This document shows positions 34,423 through 45,400 of a stretch of 64,000 nt of DNA, one piece after another. A program made the translations under genes and the position numbers. The stretch is from IMG/VR virus record IMGVR_UViG_3300029904_000008. One strand, given 5' to 3'. Under the pieces are notes generated by a model. That model searched no databases. It saw only the letters and a list, made by a program, of their open reading frames with translations, and had not been told where the DNA came from. Every line of letters starts with the position of its first letter. Position 1 is the stretch's first letter. Source of the DNA: an uncultured virus (IMG/VR IMGVR_UViG_3300029904_000008) (Duplodnaviria > Heunggongvirae > Uroviricota > Caudoviricetes).

Positions 34423-35889
34423 TTACCTATGAAACTTGGACAGATCAATAACCTTTAGATTTTGCTGTAAATAATACCGTTTCCTATGTTTCCCATGTCT
34501 ATCCAAATAATCTCCAGGATAGTGAATATCATCAAGGTAAACTTTATTCTTTCCTTCACAAGTTCGAACTAATCGACCCAGGAATTGGATTGATTTTTCC
34601 TGGGAATCCATTGAGGCAGCATTAATCATACATCTCAATTTGGGGAAGTTTTTACCTCGAGCAATAATGGTAGTGGATATTAGGATATCAATATTACCTT
34701 CTCTAAAATCGGATAGGATTTTATTTCTCTGTTTAGTTGGAGTATCTACATGAACACAAGCTAATCGTAATCCTTTTAATCTAGAATCATTAGCAAATAC
34801 TCTATAAAGATTTTCTGCATGATTTATTATCTTGCATACTACGAGCATTGGAATCCTGCCATACTTTAAATTAAACAATATTCTATCTAATACTACTTTC
34901 CAGGCATGGGAATTATTAGTTATCATATCGTTATAAATCTCCAAATAGGTATTATAAGGTGATTCGTAATTCCCATAATAGGATTTAGTAGGTATTATTT
35001 TTACTATGGTATCAGTAGAGTATCCTTTTTTAATGGATTGTTTTAAAGTGAATTTTGCCAAGGTAGGACCAAAGAAGGATTCGAGATTCATATTCTTAAG
35101 CCTATCCTTAGCAAGATTACTCATATAAATGGTTCCTGATAATCCCAGTCTTACTCGGGTATTATACAAGTGAGTTAAAACAGTTTGATATTGTTTACTA
35201 CCCGCTAAATCTGCTTCATCCACTAGTACCATATCCACAGTTGCCATTTCCGATTGATAAGTCTTAACATTCCTGGAAATGGATTGTACCATACCAATCG
35301 AAAAATTAGCCCAATGATTTACCTTAGATCCCTGTATAAAAGTAATTTCCTCATCAGGGAGATAATCCTTGAACTCCTTCTTAGCTTGGTTTAACCAATC
35401 TGCATCATTGGTTATAAGCAAAGTCTTTAATTTTCTCTGGAAGGATAAGTAAAGAGCTGACATGATCAGTGACTTTCCCGCATTAACCGTGTAGTCAATC
35501 ACTCCAATATGATAAGGTATACCTTCTACCTTAGAATGGAGAACGGCATTAACTGCCTTAATCTGTTCCGGTCTCAATTTAAAATCCCCAATCTGAGTAA
35601 TAGGTTTTGCAATAATAGGAACTGGTTTTCGAAAATCAATTACCTCAAAATCCTCATATCCATAATCCCTTAATAAATTACAAACTCGGGGAAGCAATCC
35701 TATTTTAAATTGTCCTCGAGCAGTAATAAATTTCACATAACCATCCCAGTTCCTTAAATTCCTCATGCGAGTAGTAAGGTAAAATGCTTGGGGATGTCGG
35801 ATTTGTAAATCCTTATACAATTGGTTGGCATACTTTAAAGGTATATCCAACTCACATTGATTACAGTTTCTAATTAAAATCTTTCCCAT
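34423..35889 (-). CDS. SF2 helicase (UvsW-like)
   Basis: LRPEQ, AGKS, LVDEAD, SGT and QFLGRLVR. Confidence 0.9.
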   Translation of the reverse strand: MGKILIRNCNQCELDIPLKYANQLYKDLQIRHPQAFYLTTRMRNLRNWDGYVKFITARGQFKIGLLPRVCNLLRDYGYEDFEVIDFRKPVPIIAKPITQIGDFKLRPEQIKAVNAVLHSKVEGIPYHIGVIDYTVNAGKSLIMSALYLSFQRKLKTLLITNDADWLNQAKKEFKDYLPDEEITFIQGSKVNHWANFSIGMVQSISRNVKTYQSEMATVDMVLVDEADLAGSKQYQTVLTHLYNTRVRLGLSGTIYMSNLAKDRLKNMNLESFFGPTLAKFTLKQSIKKGYSTDTIVKIIPTKSYYGNYESPYNTYLEIYNDMITNNSHAWKVVLDRILFNLKYGRIPMLVVCKIINHAENLYRVFANDSRLKGLRLACVHVDTPTKQRNKILSDFREGNIDILISTTIIARGKNFPKLRCMINAASMDSQEKSIQFLGRLVRTCEGKNKVYLDDIHYPGDYLDRHGKHRKRYYLQQNLKVIDLSKFHR

Positions 35890-35890
35890 A

Positions 35891-36733
35891 TTAATCGTCT
35901 TTTTGATTTATCTTATCCCAGAGAGAACCTTCCTCATCATCCTCTTGAGTAATATCCTCTCCATGTTTATATAGGTATTTATTATACCTTGATATTGCCT
36001 TTTCCGAAGTTAATTGGGATAACTCAGGTATACCATTACACCAAGCTAATCCCTCGAATTGGGCAATTATATATTCTTTGTAGTTCCACCCTTTTTTATT
36101 AAGAAAATCATACAACCTAATAAAATGAGTAAACTTCCCGGGATCTTTAATTGGTTCGTATATCCCAGTTCGGTCAGCAATTTGCCTAACATAAAAATCT
36201 TGTATTTGGGTTATTGTTTGTTTATCTTTAGGTGATAGTTCTTGGATCTCTTTAATTGCAGAGAATTCCTCGGTAATAGAATCTTGTAGTCCTATTAAAC
36301 GAGTAGTTAATGCTCGGGCATCAGGCATTTTCTTTATACCAAGTTCGATGTACTTAATAAATCCCTCTCTGGTAGGTAATTCAAAATCTTGGCAAAAGGT
36401 ATTACAAATCTCGGCAAGCTTTTTACAGTTAGTCCATTCCCTTAGATTGCCTTGATTTATTTTCCTTACTCCCCTATGCTTAAGTTTGATACGGGTTGCA
36501 TATATAATATCGGCAACCATTTGAGCATCTCCTTTATCTGCTAGTAATATATTGTTAACTTTCTTAGTATCTAATTGATTTTTAACTAATATACTTCTAG
36601 TATTTATTGCCTTACGTTGAGCATAGGCAAAGATAGTATCAACAGGAAGATCAATCCCAAGATCCTTACAAATTTCCTGGAACTGGGATTTAGTGATGTG
36701 GATTGAGGGATCTCTTTTATTTATCTTTTTCAT
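35891..36733 (-). CDS. Hypothetical replication-module protein
   Basis: 280-aa ORF between primase and helicase. Confidence 0.65.
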   Translation of the reverse strand: MKKINKRDPSIHITKSQFQEICKDLGIDLPVDTIFAYAQRKAINTRSILVKNQLDTKKVNNILLADKGDAQMVADIIYATRIKLKHRGVRKINQGNLREWTNCKKLAEICNTFCQDFELPTREGFIKYIELGIKKMPDARALTTRLIGLQDSITEEFSAIKEIQELSPKDKQTITQIQDFYVRQIADRTGIYEPIKDPGKFTHFIRLYDFLNKKGWNYKEYIIAQFEGLAWCNGIPELSQLTSEKAISRYNKYLYKHGEDITQEDDEEGSLWDKINQKDD

Positions 36734-36950
36734 TTAGATACTGGATTAAGGATACTATAAAAGCAACTAGGATTATAAGAATTATACCAGAGGATAGGTA
36801 ATTCCAGGGTTTTTGAATTAACCATACCAAAGGTACCATAATAATTAAAACTAGGATAACCCCAATAATTAATATACCTAAGTTTCGAATGAATTTAAAC
36901 AATAGTTCCATATTCAAAGTGTTATTTATAATAATATATGAACTCCTCAA
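36717..36950 (-). CDS. Small two-TM membrane protein
   Basis: Two long hydrophobic stretches; the start is probably MELLFK. Confidence 0.55.
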   Translation of the reverse strand: MRSSYIIINNTLNMELLFKFIRNLGILIIGVILVLIIMVPLVWLIQKPWNYLSSGIILIILVAFIVSLIQYLNEKDK

Positions 36951-37900
36951 TCGAGAGAGTTCTTCATAGTTATCAGATCTTTATACGATTGATAATGAGT
37001 ATTATATACCATTCTCATTACCTTATGATAGCCCAGATCATTGACATCTTTTTCATCCTCAAATAGGATTACTTTTACCTTCTTAAATGGTACCAGTTTT
37101 AATGCTAAGTTTATCGCATATAATTTAGCATCAGAATCTAACAGGATAATAATCCTCTCTACTTGTGATTTAATAAGGAGGTTAAGTTGGAACCTGCTTA
37201 TTGCTTTCCCCATAGTAGCTATACCTCTTTCTCCCATAGTTAGTGCATTTATTGCACCTTCACAAATAAATATGGTTCGATACATATCCAAAGCATCCCT
37301 ATTAAATATAATAAATTCCTTCCCCAATCCAGTTATATCTTTATTGGGATTATTATATCGGGGACCATTACCCACAACTAATCGAGCATTATAATAAGTA
37401 AGCTTTCCTTGATAAGTGAAGGGAATTATAAGGTAGCCAAACATGGGGCCAGAATTACAATAACCAACTCCCATACGAGAAAGATAATCGATTGTAAAAC
37501 CCCTTTTCTTAACATAATTCTGCATTATTTTACCAAGTGTACCTGTACCCACTGAGATATTAACAAATCCTTCTGGAAGGTAAATGGGTTTAGTTTCAGC
37601 TAATTCATATTTCTCCTCCTTGAAGGTAAGCTCATTAAAATCCCCCTGATTAAGAAATTGGATAAGTTCAGAATAAGTATCTATATTTTCGATATCCATT
37701 ATTAATTGGGAAGGAGAAGGATGGGCATTACACCTAAAACAATTACATCTAAACATAGTAAGGTTAACACCCATCTTCTCTTTCCTTCCACAATATGGAC
37801 AAATAGGAACTCTCATCCACCCGTGCTTATAGTCGAAGCACCCCAATCTCTTAACCAAATAGGTCTTAATCTGAGATTTAAAGTGATTAGTTATTTTCAT
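36947..37900 (-). CDS. dnaG: DNA primase (zinc finger plus TOPRIM)
   Basis: CPYC...CFRC, ICEG, LDSD and KDVND. Confidence 0.9.
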   Translation of the reverse strand: MKITNHFKSQIKTYLVKRLGCFDYKHGWMRVPICPYCGRKEKMGVNLTMFRCNCFRCNAHPSPSQLIMDIENIDTYSELIQFLNQGDFNELTFKEEKYELAETKPIYLPEGFVNISVGTGTLGKIMQNYVKKRGFTIDYLSRMGVGYCNSGPMFGYLIIPFTYQGKLTYYNARLVVGNGPRYNNPNKDITGLGKEFIIFNRDALDMYRTIFICEGAINALTMGERGIATMGKAISRFQLNLLIKSQVERIIILLDSDAKLYAINLALKLVPFKKVKVILFEDEKDVNDLGYHKVMRMVYNTHYQSYKDLITMKNSLD

Positions 37901-39339
37901 ACATCTCCAGTTGTTCTATTCCGTTTATTGGGATCAGCATCAGGATTAACTCTCTTAGTTTTACCTTTAAGTTTTTCATCTAACTGCTTCCCGTATACAG
38001 AATCATATGACTTTCTTTGCTCTTTGGTGAATTCGATTGCACGTTGTCTATCAACATCTACTTTAAATAATGCCCTTCCAAAAGGAAGTCCATCCCTATT
38101 AACTACTACCTCAAGCCTTTGGATATTATCCTTTTCCTCTTGAGGAGTAGCATTTAATCCCAATATACACTGAGCATTACGAACTATGGATATTGCTCCA
38201 GATATATCATTTTCTTCATATCGAGTTTCCCTATGCTTTGCCCCATCCCTTGTAATGTGGTTAGCAGTCCATATACAATCTAACTGCATATCATCCGCCA
38301 GATTCTGTATATCCACATAAATATTCGATATCCTATCAAAATCTTCCTTATCTCTATTTATTGAGGCTAATTTTGCAGCGTAATCAATCATTAATACCCG
38401 GATATCTATTCCTTGATTCCTAAGTTTAAGGATTAAATCCCTTATATAATTACAATCAGTAATCATTGCAGGAACTCTATCAACAATAAATTCTACCCCA
38501 AACCTTGCAAGTTTCCTCATGTGTTGGGATTCGAGTTTATCGTATTCTCCCGAATATAATTCAGCCTTGGTTTTATTGATAGAGGATTGGATCATTCGAT
38601 CCATTATTTGGTTTTTACCATTCTCCGTATCTATATATAGGACGGATTTTTTCATCCTTAGATATCCTCTAGCAGTATTGATAAGGAAAAAGGTTTTCTT
38701 TGCCTTAGGTTTATCTAATAATACAACTACGGATCCTGAAGGGAATCCGTTGGCATTTGTAAGCTGATTTAATTGCCTAAATGGAGAAGGTATTACATCA
38801 GGTTCTGCTTGGCGTTTAAATTGCCTCTCAGTAGTATCCCTAATAAGATATATGGGTTCATCATCCTGTTTAGGTTTGGATTTTTTAAGGATATTATCTA
38901 TTTTCTTAGCATACTCCTCGTACTGATCAAAGTTATTCAGATCGAAAGAATCATTTAGATTTTTCATCTGAACATAGGTGGAAAATTGATATATCTTCTC
39001 TCGAATAAAATCCGCATCTTTTAGGGGTTCATTATAGAGATTGTGAACTATCTTAAAGATATTGGGTATGTCATCCTTAGTTACCAAGTCAATATAATCC
39101 TTAGATTCTAGCAACTCTTTTATTACCTCTTTAAGAATATTCTCTGAAGGTACTCTTTTGTTCTTTTTATAATACTTAAATATGCCCTCGGCAATAAGGG
39201 CATGCTCTATAAGTACCAGGTAACTGGGTTTAATCCTATTAATCACTAAACCAGCTTCCTTACTCCGAACTAAAAACCTTAGGATTTCTAGTTGGAATTC
39301 GATACTGAATTCGAATTTAGTCTTATCTTTTGTTTTCAT
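37897..39339 (-). CDS. dnaB: DnaB-like SF4 replicative helicase with an atypical P-loop
   Basis: VLYIDTEN, LMIDYA, WTANH, ENDISGA and NRDG. Walker A reads DKPKAKKT. Confidence 0.8.
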   Translation of the reverse strand: MKTKDKTKFEFSIEFQLEILRFLVRSKEAGLVINRIKPSYLVLIEHALIAEGIFKYYKKNKRVPSENILKEVIKELLESKDYIDLVTKDDIPNIFKIVHNLYNEPLKDADFIREKIYQFSTYVQMKNLNDSFDLNNFDQYEEYAKKIDNILKKSKPKQDDEPIYLIRDTTERQFKRQAEPDVIPSPFRQLNQLTNANGFPSGSVVVLLDKPKAKKTFFLINTARGYLRMKKSVLYIDTENGKNQIMDRMIQSSINKTKAELYSGEYDKLESQHMRKLARFGVEFIVDRVPAMITDCNYIRDLILKLRNQGIDIRVLMIDYAAKLASINRDKEDFDRISNIYVDIQNLADDMQLDCIWTANHITRDGAKHRETRYEENDISGAISIVRNAQCILGLNATPQEEKDNIQRLEVVVNRDGLPFGRALFKVDVDRQRAIEFTKEQRKSYDSVYGKQLDEKLKGKTKRVNPDADPNKRNRTTGDV

Positions 39340-39457
39340 ATTGCATAAACATAGTTTAGATGTACACTGATATAGTACTGGATGAAGTGTAGCTCAATCT
39401 AACCTCTTACCATATAGCTACCATCCACAGCTTAAATATATAATTTTTATTAAAATA

Positions 39458-39504
39458 TTTGCATATTACATATATTATAATTATATTTGCATTAACACTT
39501 TAAA
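39458..39504 (+). promoter_or_regulatory. Bacteroidota promoter plus conserved leader
   Basis: TTTG-N20-TATATTTG followed by ATTAACACTTTAAA. Confidence 0.8.
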
Positions 39505-39515
39505 TAATTATAATT

Positions 39516-40163
39516 ATGCAAACTAATTACAATGGCTCCGAGATCCATAGGTTAAAACCTATGAAGGAATATGACCAAGCCGTATTCCAACGGATGTATA
39601 AAATCTGTAAGCCAGTTATTCGAAACCTTGTTAGGCAGATTGATGCCAAGAGATTTGATCTCACTCCAGACATTATACAGTCCTATTTTTGGGATAAAAT
39701 GTTATTTGTATTTAATAAGTATTATGGGACCGATACTGAGGAACATTTAAAAGCCCAGATCCTTGCATCCCTTAGTACTTATAAAAGTAAATTACTTCGA
39801 TATGCTTATACCGAACGAGCATCCTATTATCAAAATCAATGCCGATTAGAAGATCTGTTTGATGATAGCAAGGAACTAGAGGATGATACTGAAGAAGTTA
39901 CGGCTCACAATGAAATGTGGAAGATGCTAAATGATTATATGATGGAGCATCTTAATACAGATGCCAAATTAGTTTGGGAAGTAATGGTTACTCCTCCCCC
40001 TTTTATAAAAGAGCAGATTAAGGATGGGTCTAGAGTAACCAATCTAATTTTGGTAGATTTCTTTAATATGCCTAAAACCAGGAATTCTATTCGATATTTT
40101 ACCGAATTAAAGGAGGATATAGAATTTTGGTTAGACAAAGCTAAAAAGGAATTACATTACTAA
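39516..40163 (+). CDS. Phage sigma-factor-like protein
   Basis: Region-2-like FQRMYKICKPVIRNLVRQ...DIIQSYFWDKMLFVFNKY. It is the only credible plus-strand gene and has its own promoter and terminator. Confidence 0.55.
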   Translation: MQTNYNGSEIHRLKPMKEYDQAVFQRMYKICKPVIRNLVRQIDAKRFDLTPDIIQSYFWDKMLFVFNKYYGTDTEEHLKAQILASLSTYKSKLLRYAYTERASYYQNQCRLEDLFDDSKELEDDTEEVTAHNEMWKMLNDYMMEHLNTDAKLVWEVMVTPPPFIKEQIKDGSRVTNLILVDFFNMPKTRNSIRYFTELKEDIEFWLDKAKKELHY

Positions 40164-40172
40164 CACACAATA

Positions 40173-40201
40173 AGAGGATCCTAAGAGTATTAGGATCCTC
40201 T
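40173..40201. terminator. Hairpin between convergent genes (likely bidirectional terminator)
   Basis: AGAGGATCCTAA/TTAGGATCCTCT 12-bp stem. Confidence 0.7.
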
Positions 40202-40207
40202 CTTACT

Positions 40208-41827
40208 TTAATCCTTAATAATATATATTAAAGCAATCATGGGGAAAGCTTTATTAAGGGTTATCTCTTTATTATTCTGGTTTTGAGAAGGAGCATATCC
40301 CTGATCCCCATCTACGGTTAAATTAGGTCCAGAAACTATAGCACCATTGGAAATACCCACCACATCTTTAAAACTCATGGTATCAGAATCTAAACCAGTA
40401 GTAAACCTAGACCAGCTAGCAGCTACTGGATCATTACTAGATTCATTCTTATTATTTATACCTGCCAAAGCAATAGCATGATGATGAGCGGGTAAATCCG
40501 TACCCTTTATAATAGTTTTCCAATCACTATCAGCATTATCCAAGTATTTACCTTCTACCTGGTTAATAACCGTAGAACCCGTTCCCAAAGATAATTCAGT
40601 ACCAGAACTAAATCCAATAACTACTCTACCAACAGCTTTATCATATACAGACCACCCAGAAGGTATATCATTAGGACTAGACCATAAACAGATTATACCT
40701 GAGGGTATGGCTTGATTTAATTGAGAATTATTTTCATTCCGAAGTTCTTCGAATTTCTTGTCAATATAATCTTTTATATTGAGGTTCTTCTGAGAATCAT
40801 CCTCGGCATTAGGGAAAGTATAAGGGAATCCCTCCATCAAATTCTGTACATAATTAAAGCTCTTCGCTATAGAATTTAATATGGTAATATTGAAGGATAA
40901 ATCATAAGGCCATCTACCTCCATAAGGAACTATGGAAAATTGTTCTTGCCTACTTAAGGGTTCTCCAGTTTCTGGATCCATATCAGTATAACCTCCTCTA
41001 CCATATATTCCCACTAAAGTAACATCTGGATCAAATATATCAAATTCAGATACCCCACTATTTGCCATAAGAGAATTTACGTATCTAAGTAGATCATAGT
41101 AGGATAACTTAATACCAAAGGTATTATTTTGAGATAAGGGGTTATCTAATCCAAAATTAGGTACAACATTAGGTCGGTTATAATAAATATCCATTGAAGC
41201 TCTGAATAACTGATAGAAGGTGTTCATATCAGTATATCCAGTATCGGTACCACGAGAATCTATATTGCTGATAGTACCTGCGGTAGTAAGTGCATAAGCT
41301 TCATATGTTACTTCATTTACTATGGCCTCTGGTATATATTTATGCCTTGCTAATACTACTACTTCAGCGGGAGCATTAGAGGAACTAAAGGTTTGGGCAT
41401 TAAGAATAGGAACTTCTATGTATTCCTTAGTATCATCTAATACTATAAAACCATCTCTAGTAATTAATCCAAATCTAGTTGGATTACCAGGAGTTTCCTT
41501 GAAAGTACCTTGGGCATTTATTACACTACCTCCCATGAGGATATTATGGTGATTCACGATATCCCTCATTAAAGGATTTATATAACTATGGGGAGAATTT
41601 CTATATCCATCCGTTTTTAGATTCTGAGTATTAGAATCTAAAGTACCTCCAAGACCTTCTCCTGCTCCATAGTACTGAGGGTATAGTCTGATAACCCATT
41701 TACTATCATGGTGTGTAATACCGGATCCATATCCTAAAAATGGTCCAATACCCTTTGGAATACTTATGGCCCTAGACAATTCAGCCGATCTTATGGCTGA
41801 TTGATAATTGAAAAATGTTTGGCTCAT
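40208..41827 (-). CDS. Baseplate/short tail fibre protein with a collar-like C-terminus
   Basis: IPSGIICLWS...IPSGW...GRVVIG...LPAHHH...YIIK. Confidence 0.7.
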   Translation of the reverse strand: MSQTFFNYQSAIRSAELSRAISIPKGIGPFLGYGSGITHHDSKWVIRLYPQYYGAGEGLGGTLDSNTQNLKTDGYRNSPHSYINPLMRDIVNHHNILMGGSVINAQGTFKETPGNPTRFGLITRDGFIVLDDTKEYIEVPILNAQTFSSSNAPAEVVVLARHKYIPEAIVNEVTYEAYALTTAGTISNIDSRGTDTGYTDMNTFYQLFRASMDIYYNRPNVVPNFGLDNPLSQNNTFGIKLSYYDLLRYVNSLMANSGVSEFDIFDPDVTLVGIYGRGGYTDMDPETGEPLSRQEQFSIVPYGGRWPYDLSFNITILNSIAKSFNYVQNLMEGFPYTFPNAEDDSQKNLNIKDYIDKKFEELRNENNSQLNQAIPSGIICLWSSPNDIPSGWSVYDKAVGRVVIGFSSGTELSLGTGSTVINQVEGKYLDNADSDWKTIIKGTDLPAHHHAIALAGINNKNESSNDPVAASWSRFTTGLDSDTMSFKDVVGISNGAIVSGPNLTVDGDQGYAPSQNQNNKEITLNKAFPMIALIYIIKD

Positions 41828-42456
41828 TTCTTTATATTGTTTATGTTATGGAATATCTCTAGTTCTATATTATCATAGATCATCTTAATATTGGTATAAG
41901 TCCTATCAGGATTTACTTTAAGGTATATTTCTGCATATATAGCTTCAGATACTCGATCTATCCAAATATCCCTATCCATATAATGTGATAGGGGTTTCCC
42001 TTTAAAAGTAAAATAATTGGCCTTAGTATACACATCTTCAAATATATTAGAAATAAGTACCTTGACCTTTTTCTTAGTAGCTTCTTTATCCTGAATATTA
42101 TTTTCATCTATTACCCGAGGAACTAAATCCTTACTCTTCAAGAAAGCAGTATCTAAAAGAGATTCACAGATGGTTTTAGTTCTAAGTATAGTTTCTGAAA
42201 CTAAACCCTCGGCTATATCCACTAAGACTTCACCATTACGATTAGAGACTTCATACAATTTAGTTAATTGTACAGAATAATTACTCATAATTTGTTCTAT
42301 GATGGATTTAAACCATTTAAAACAAGTGATCATAAGTGCTGCAGATAAAACCACGAATAGGCTGCAGATTACTACTGCAATGCCGTATTCGTGAATGTTT
42401 TGGGCTACCTCCAGAGTAGACTCAGCTAAGGAGGCTTGAAGAATTAAAGAGTTCAT
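41824..42456 (-). CDS. Membrane protein, possible holin
   Basis: Single N-terminal TM helix (GIAVVICSLFVVLSAALMI) and a soluble C-domain. Confidence 0.5.
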   Translation of the reverse strand: MNSLILQASLAESTLEVAQNIHEYGIAVVICSLFVVLSAALMITCFKWFKSIIEQIMSNYSVQLTKLYEVSNRNGEVLVDIAEGLVSETILRTKTICESLLDTAFLKSKDLVPRVIDENNIQDKEATKKKVKVLISNIFEDVYTKANYFTFKGKPLSHYMDRDIWIDRVSEAIYAEIYLKVNPDRTYTNIKMIYDNIELEIFHNINNIKK

Positions 42457-45400
42457 TATGAATTACTTAACCAAAGATTAAATTCTATGTGAAGAGTTTC
42501 TCCTGATACTATATCCTCGGGATGTAAGGGGAACTTATTATCCCTATTATTGAAAGCGGATAGAGAAGTATTACTTCCAGTATTTATACCCTCACTTAAC
42601 CGTAGAGTATCTATACGATCTCCGGCTAAATTCTCTATATAAGCTTCTACTCCAGTTCCCTGATAAGAGCCCTTAGCTATCAATCCAGGATTTACGCATA
42701 TATTGGGGTCATTAGATCGCATATAAATACACATATCGGAAGATTCAGGTATATCCCAATTTACATTATAAGCTTGAGTTACCCTGCCTTCATTTATAGT
42801 ATCCTGTTTGGTTTCTATAAATTTTCCTATAGCCCCCGAATTTAAACCCTCTAGAGTTAATGCCCAAGTGGGTCCTATTTTATAGGCGATCTCAGTAAAC
42901 TGGTCATTGAGTAGAGATCTATCGAAAGCATAGTTTACTTCTACCTTAGTAATATGATGGATTACTTGAGATCCTCGTTTATCCACTCTACAGGATAAGA
43001 CCTTATTGGGATTATTTTTTGGGTATAAATCGAAACTAATATAAGGAGGTAAAGATTCCTCAGGAGATCCAACTTTAACTATACAAACTAATATACCATT
43101 AGTAGGAGTAGTAATAGTATCTTTTTCATGAAATACTCTAGTACCATCAGAAGTTTGAAATAGTACTTTTTGATCATTTGGGTATATATTAGATATAACA
43201 ATCTCCCCATTAGGTACAATTTCCTTACTATAGGATCCACCATCTCTGAATAAAGCTAATCCGAATACACCTGTATAGTAACTGCTACCTTCAGCATAAC
43301 CTTCACTCCATGCCCATTGACCTAATAACCATTGTAGGGGTTCTTCATTTATACAAGTACCCACTACTAAGTAATCATCCGGATTAGGTTTAGGTTCTCC
43401 CTGAGCATTTAGAGTATTAGACCTTATATTACTCCATTCCCAATATATAGAAGAAGGACTTTCTTTGAGATTAAAATATAGAGTACCATACTCAGGATCC
43501 TCCGAAGATCTGATAGTAAAATTATCGTAGGTTCCCTCACTGGGTACTGAATTTCCATAGGGTATTTCTTTTTCCTTTATGTAAAGTATACCTTTATCAC
43601 TACCCAGACTATCCCATTCGTTATAAGTCATATAAGTCCCATCCGACTTTTTAATTCTGAACTTACAAGACCATCTACCAGGTATGTAGTTATTACCACT
43701 CTCTTCCTGGATATTACTTATCTCTATACTAGAGGGTACTACGGGATCAATACGGGTATATACCCATTCATCATAAGATCCTTTATCTATACCTATAAGT
43801 ATGGTTCCATCATCGTTCCAAGTAATATCATTAATGAAAGTGATAGTCCAATAATCCGTATTTCTTTCTAAACGAAATCCTGAAGATGATAAGGGCTCAT
43901 TATTAATCGAAACCACTAAGAATGAGAGTAAATAATCGGAAGTAACTTGAGGGTCATTAGAGATATTCTTACCGGTATCATCCAGAATTTGGATGCTTAA
44001 AGAGTGAGGACCAATATATGGAGCTTCAGCGGATATACCAGGCTCAAGTATATTTATACCTTTAATATTGGGAGATACATCGGTTACTTCAAAAACCCCT
44101 TTTATGGAATTTTTATATACATAACTAAAGGTATAAGTTCCTATAGAATCTGTTTCAAACTTACATGGAGAGTCATAAGTCTCTTCTCTAGAAACATCTC
44201 CACCTCCAGCTACAGATTCCACCCAAGTACATTTAATTAGGTTACTTCCAGTTAATTCCTTACCATCATTACCAATCAATACTACTCTGGTAGAAGCAGT
44301 TTTCTTAGTAGTATTAATATAATCCTGAGTAGGATTTACTTGGATACCCGTTATAAAATCTGATTGATGTTTAAAAGAAAATACGCAGAAGTTAACTCCT
44401 TCCTTCCAATCATCTTTAGCTAAAGCCCAATCACTAGTAGTATAGTTCCCATCTTGATTCTGGAAATTACCTACCCAAGCAAATACAAAATCCCCCGTCT
44501 CATTAAATGTATATCCAGAGGCCAAACTTTCAGCTTCAAATATTCCTATGAGTTTTTCTACAGAAGTTACTACATAATCTCCAGAAGATGTCCTACTACT
44601 CTCCTTTACTTTGAATATGGCTATCTGATGATTTGCTCTGGGATTGTCAGGATTTAAGGTAAGGGTAACTCTATCTACCTTAGCTGTTTCATATAATTCA
44701 TTATCAGAAATTATTTTCTGAGTGGGGGAACATAACATAGAAGGTGTTACCTCATAGTCTTTTACCATTATTATCATGGGTTTATAACTTTCTGAAGTAT
44801 CTTCTGGATCGGCTTTCCATATACCCTCTGGATCCCCAAAAGTATATTTACCAGGTTTATCCAAGGAAATTATCTCAGAAGTATCTTCGATTACCTCATC
44901 CACAAACCCATGATCCTCCGAATACTCGGGTTCAAAAGAATAAGTAATACTATTTAAACCATCTATAGTAAACCTACATATACTATTTTCGCTCTTCTTA
45001 GAGTATATGGCTTGACCTAAACAAGGCTTATAGCTCCCATCGGGATTTTCATTAGGATAATAATTGTCCCATATGATCCCCATAGATTCATTATCGAAAA
45101 CTTTCCAATTAGTATCTTCAGGATTCTGAGGAACTATAGAGATATAGTCTACAGCAGGGGGTACTATGTATGAATAGGATACTCTACAAGTTACTTCATT
45201 ACTAGACCCAGGAGATACTCCTCCAACTAAAGGGAAAGAATACTGGAATGTTAAAGCTCCGGTACAAGGTAATCCCTCATGGGAATCATCTAAAGTAACG
45301 TAAGGTATTTCCAATTCCATATAAGCTTTAGTATCACTTATACGAATTACCCTATCCCTGAATTCATAAGTATCCTCTGAGATTTTATTAGAAGCATATT

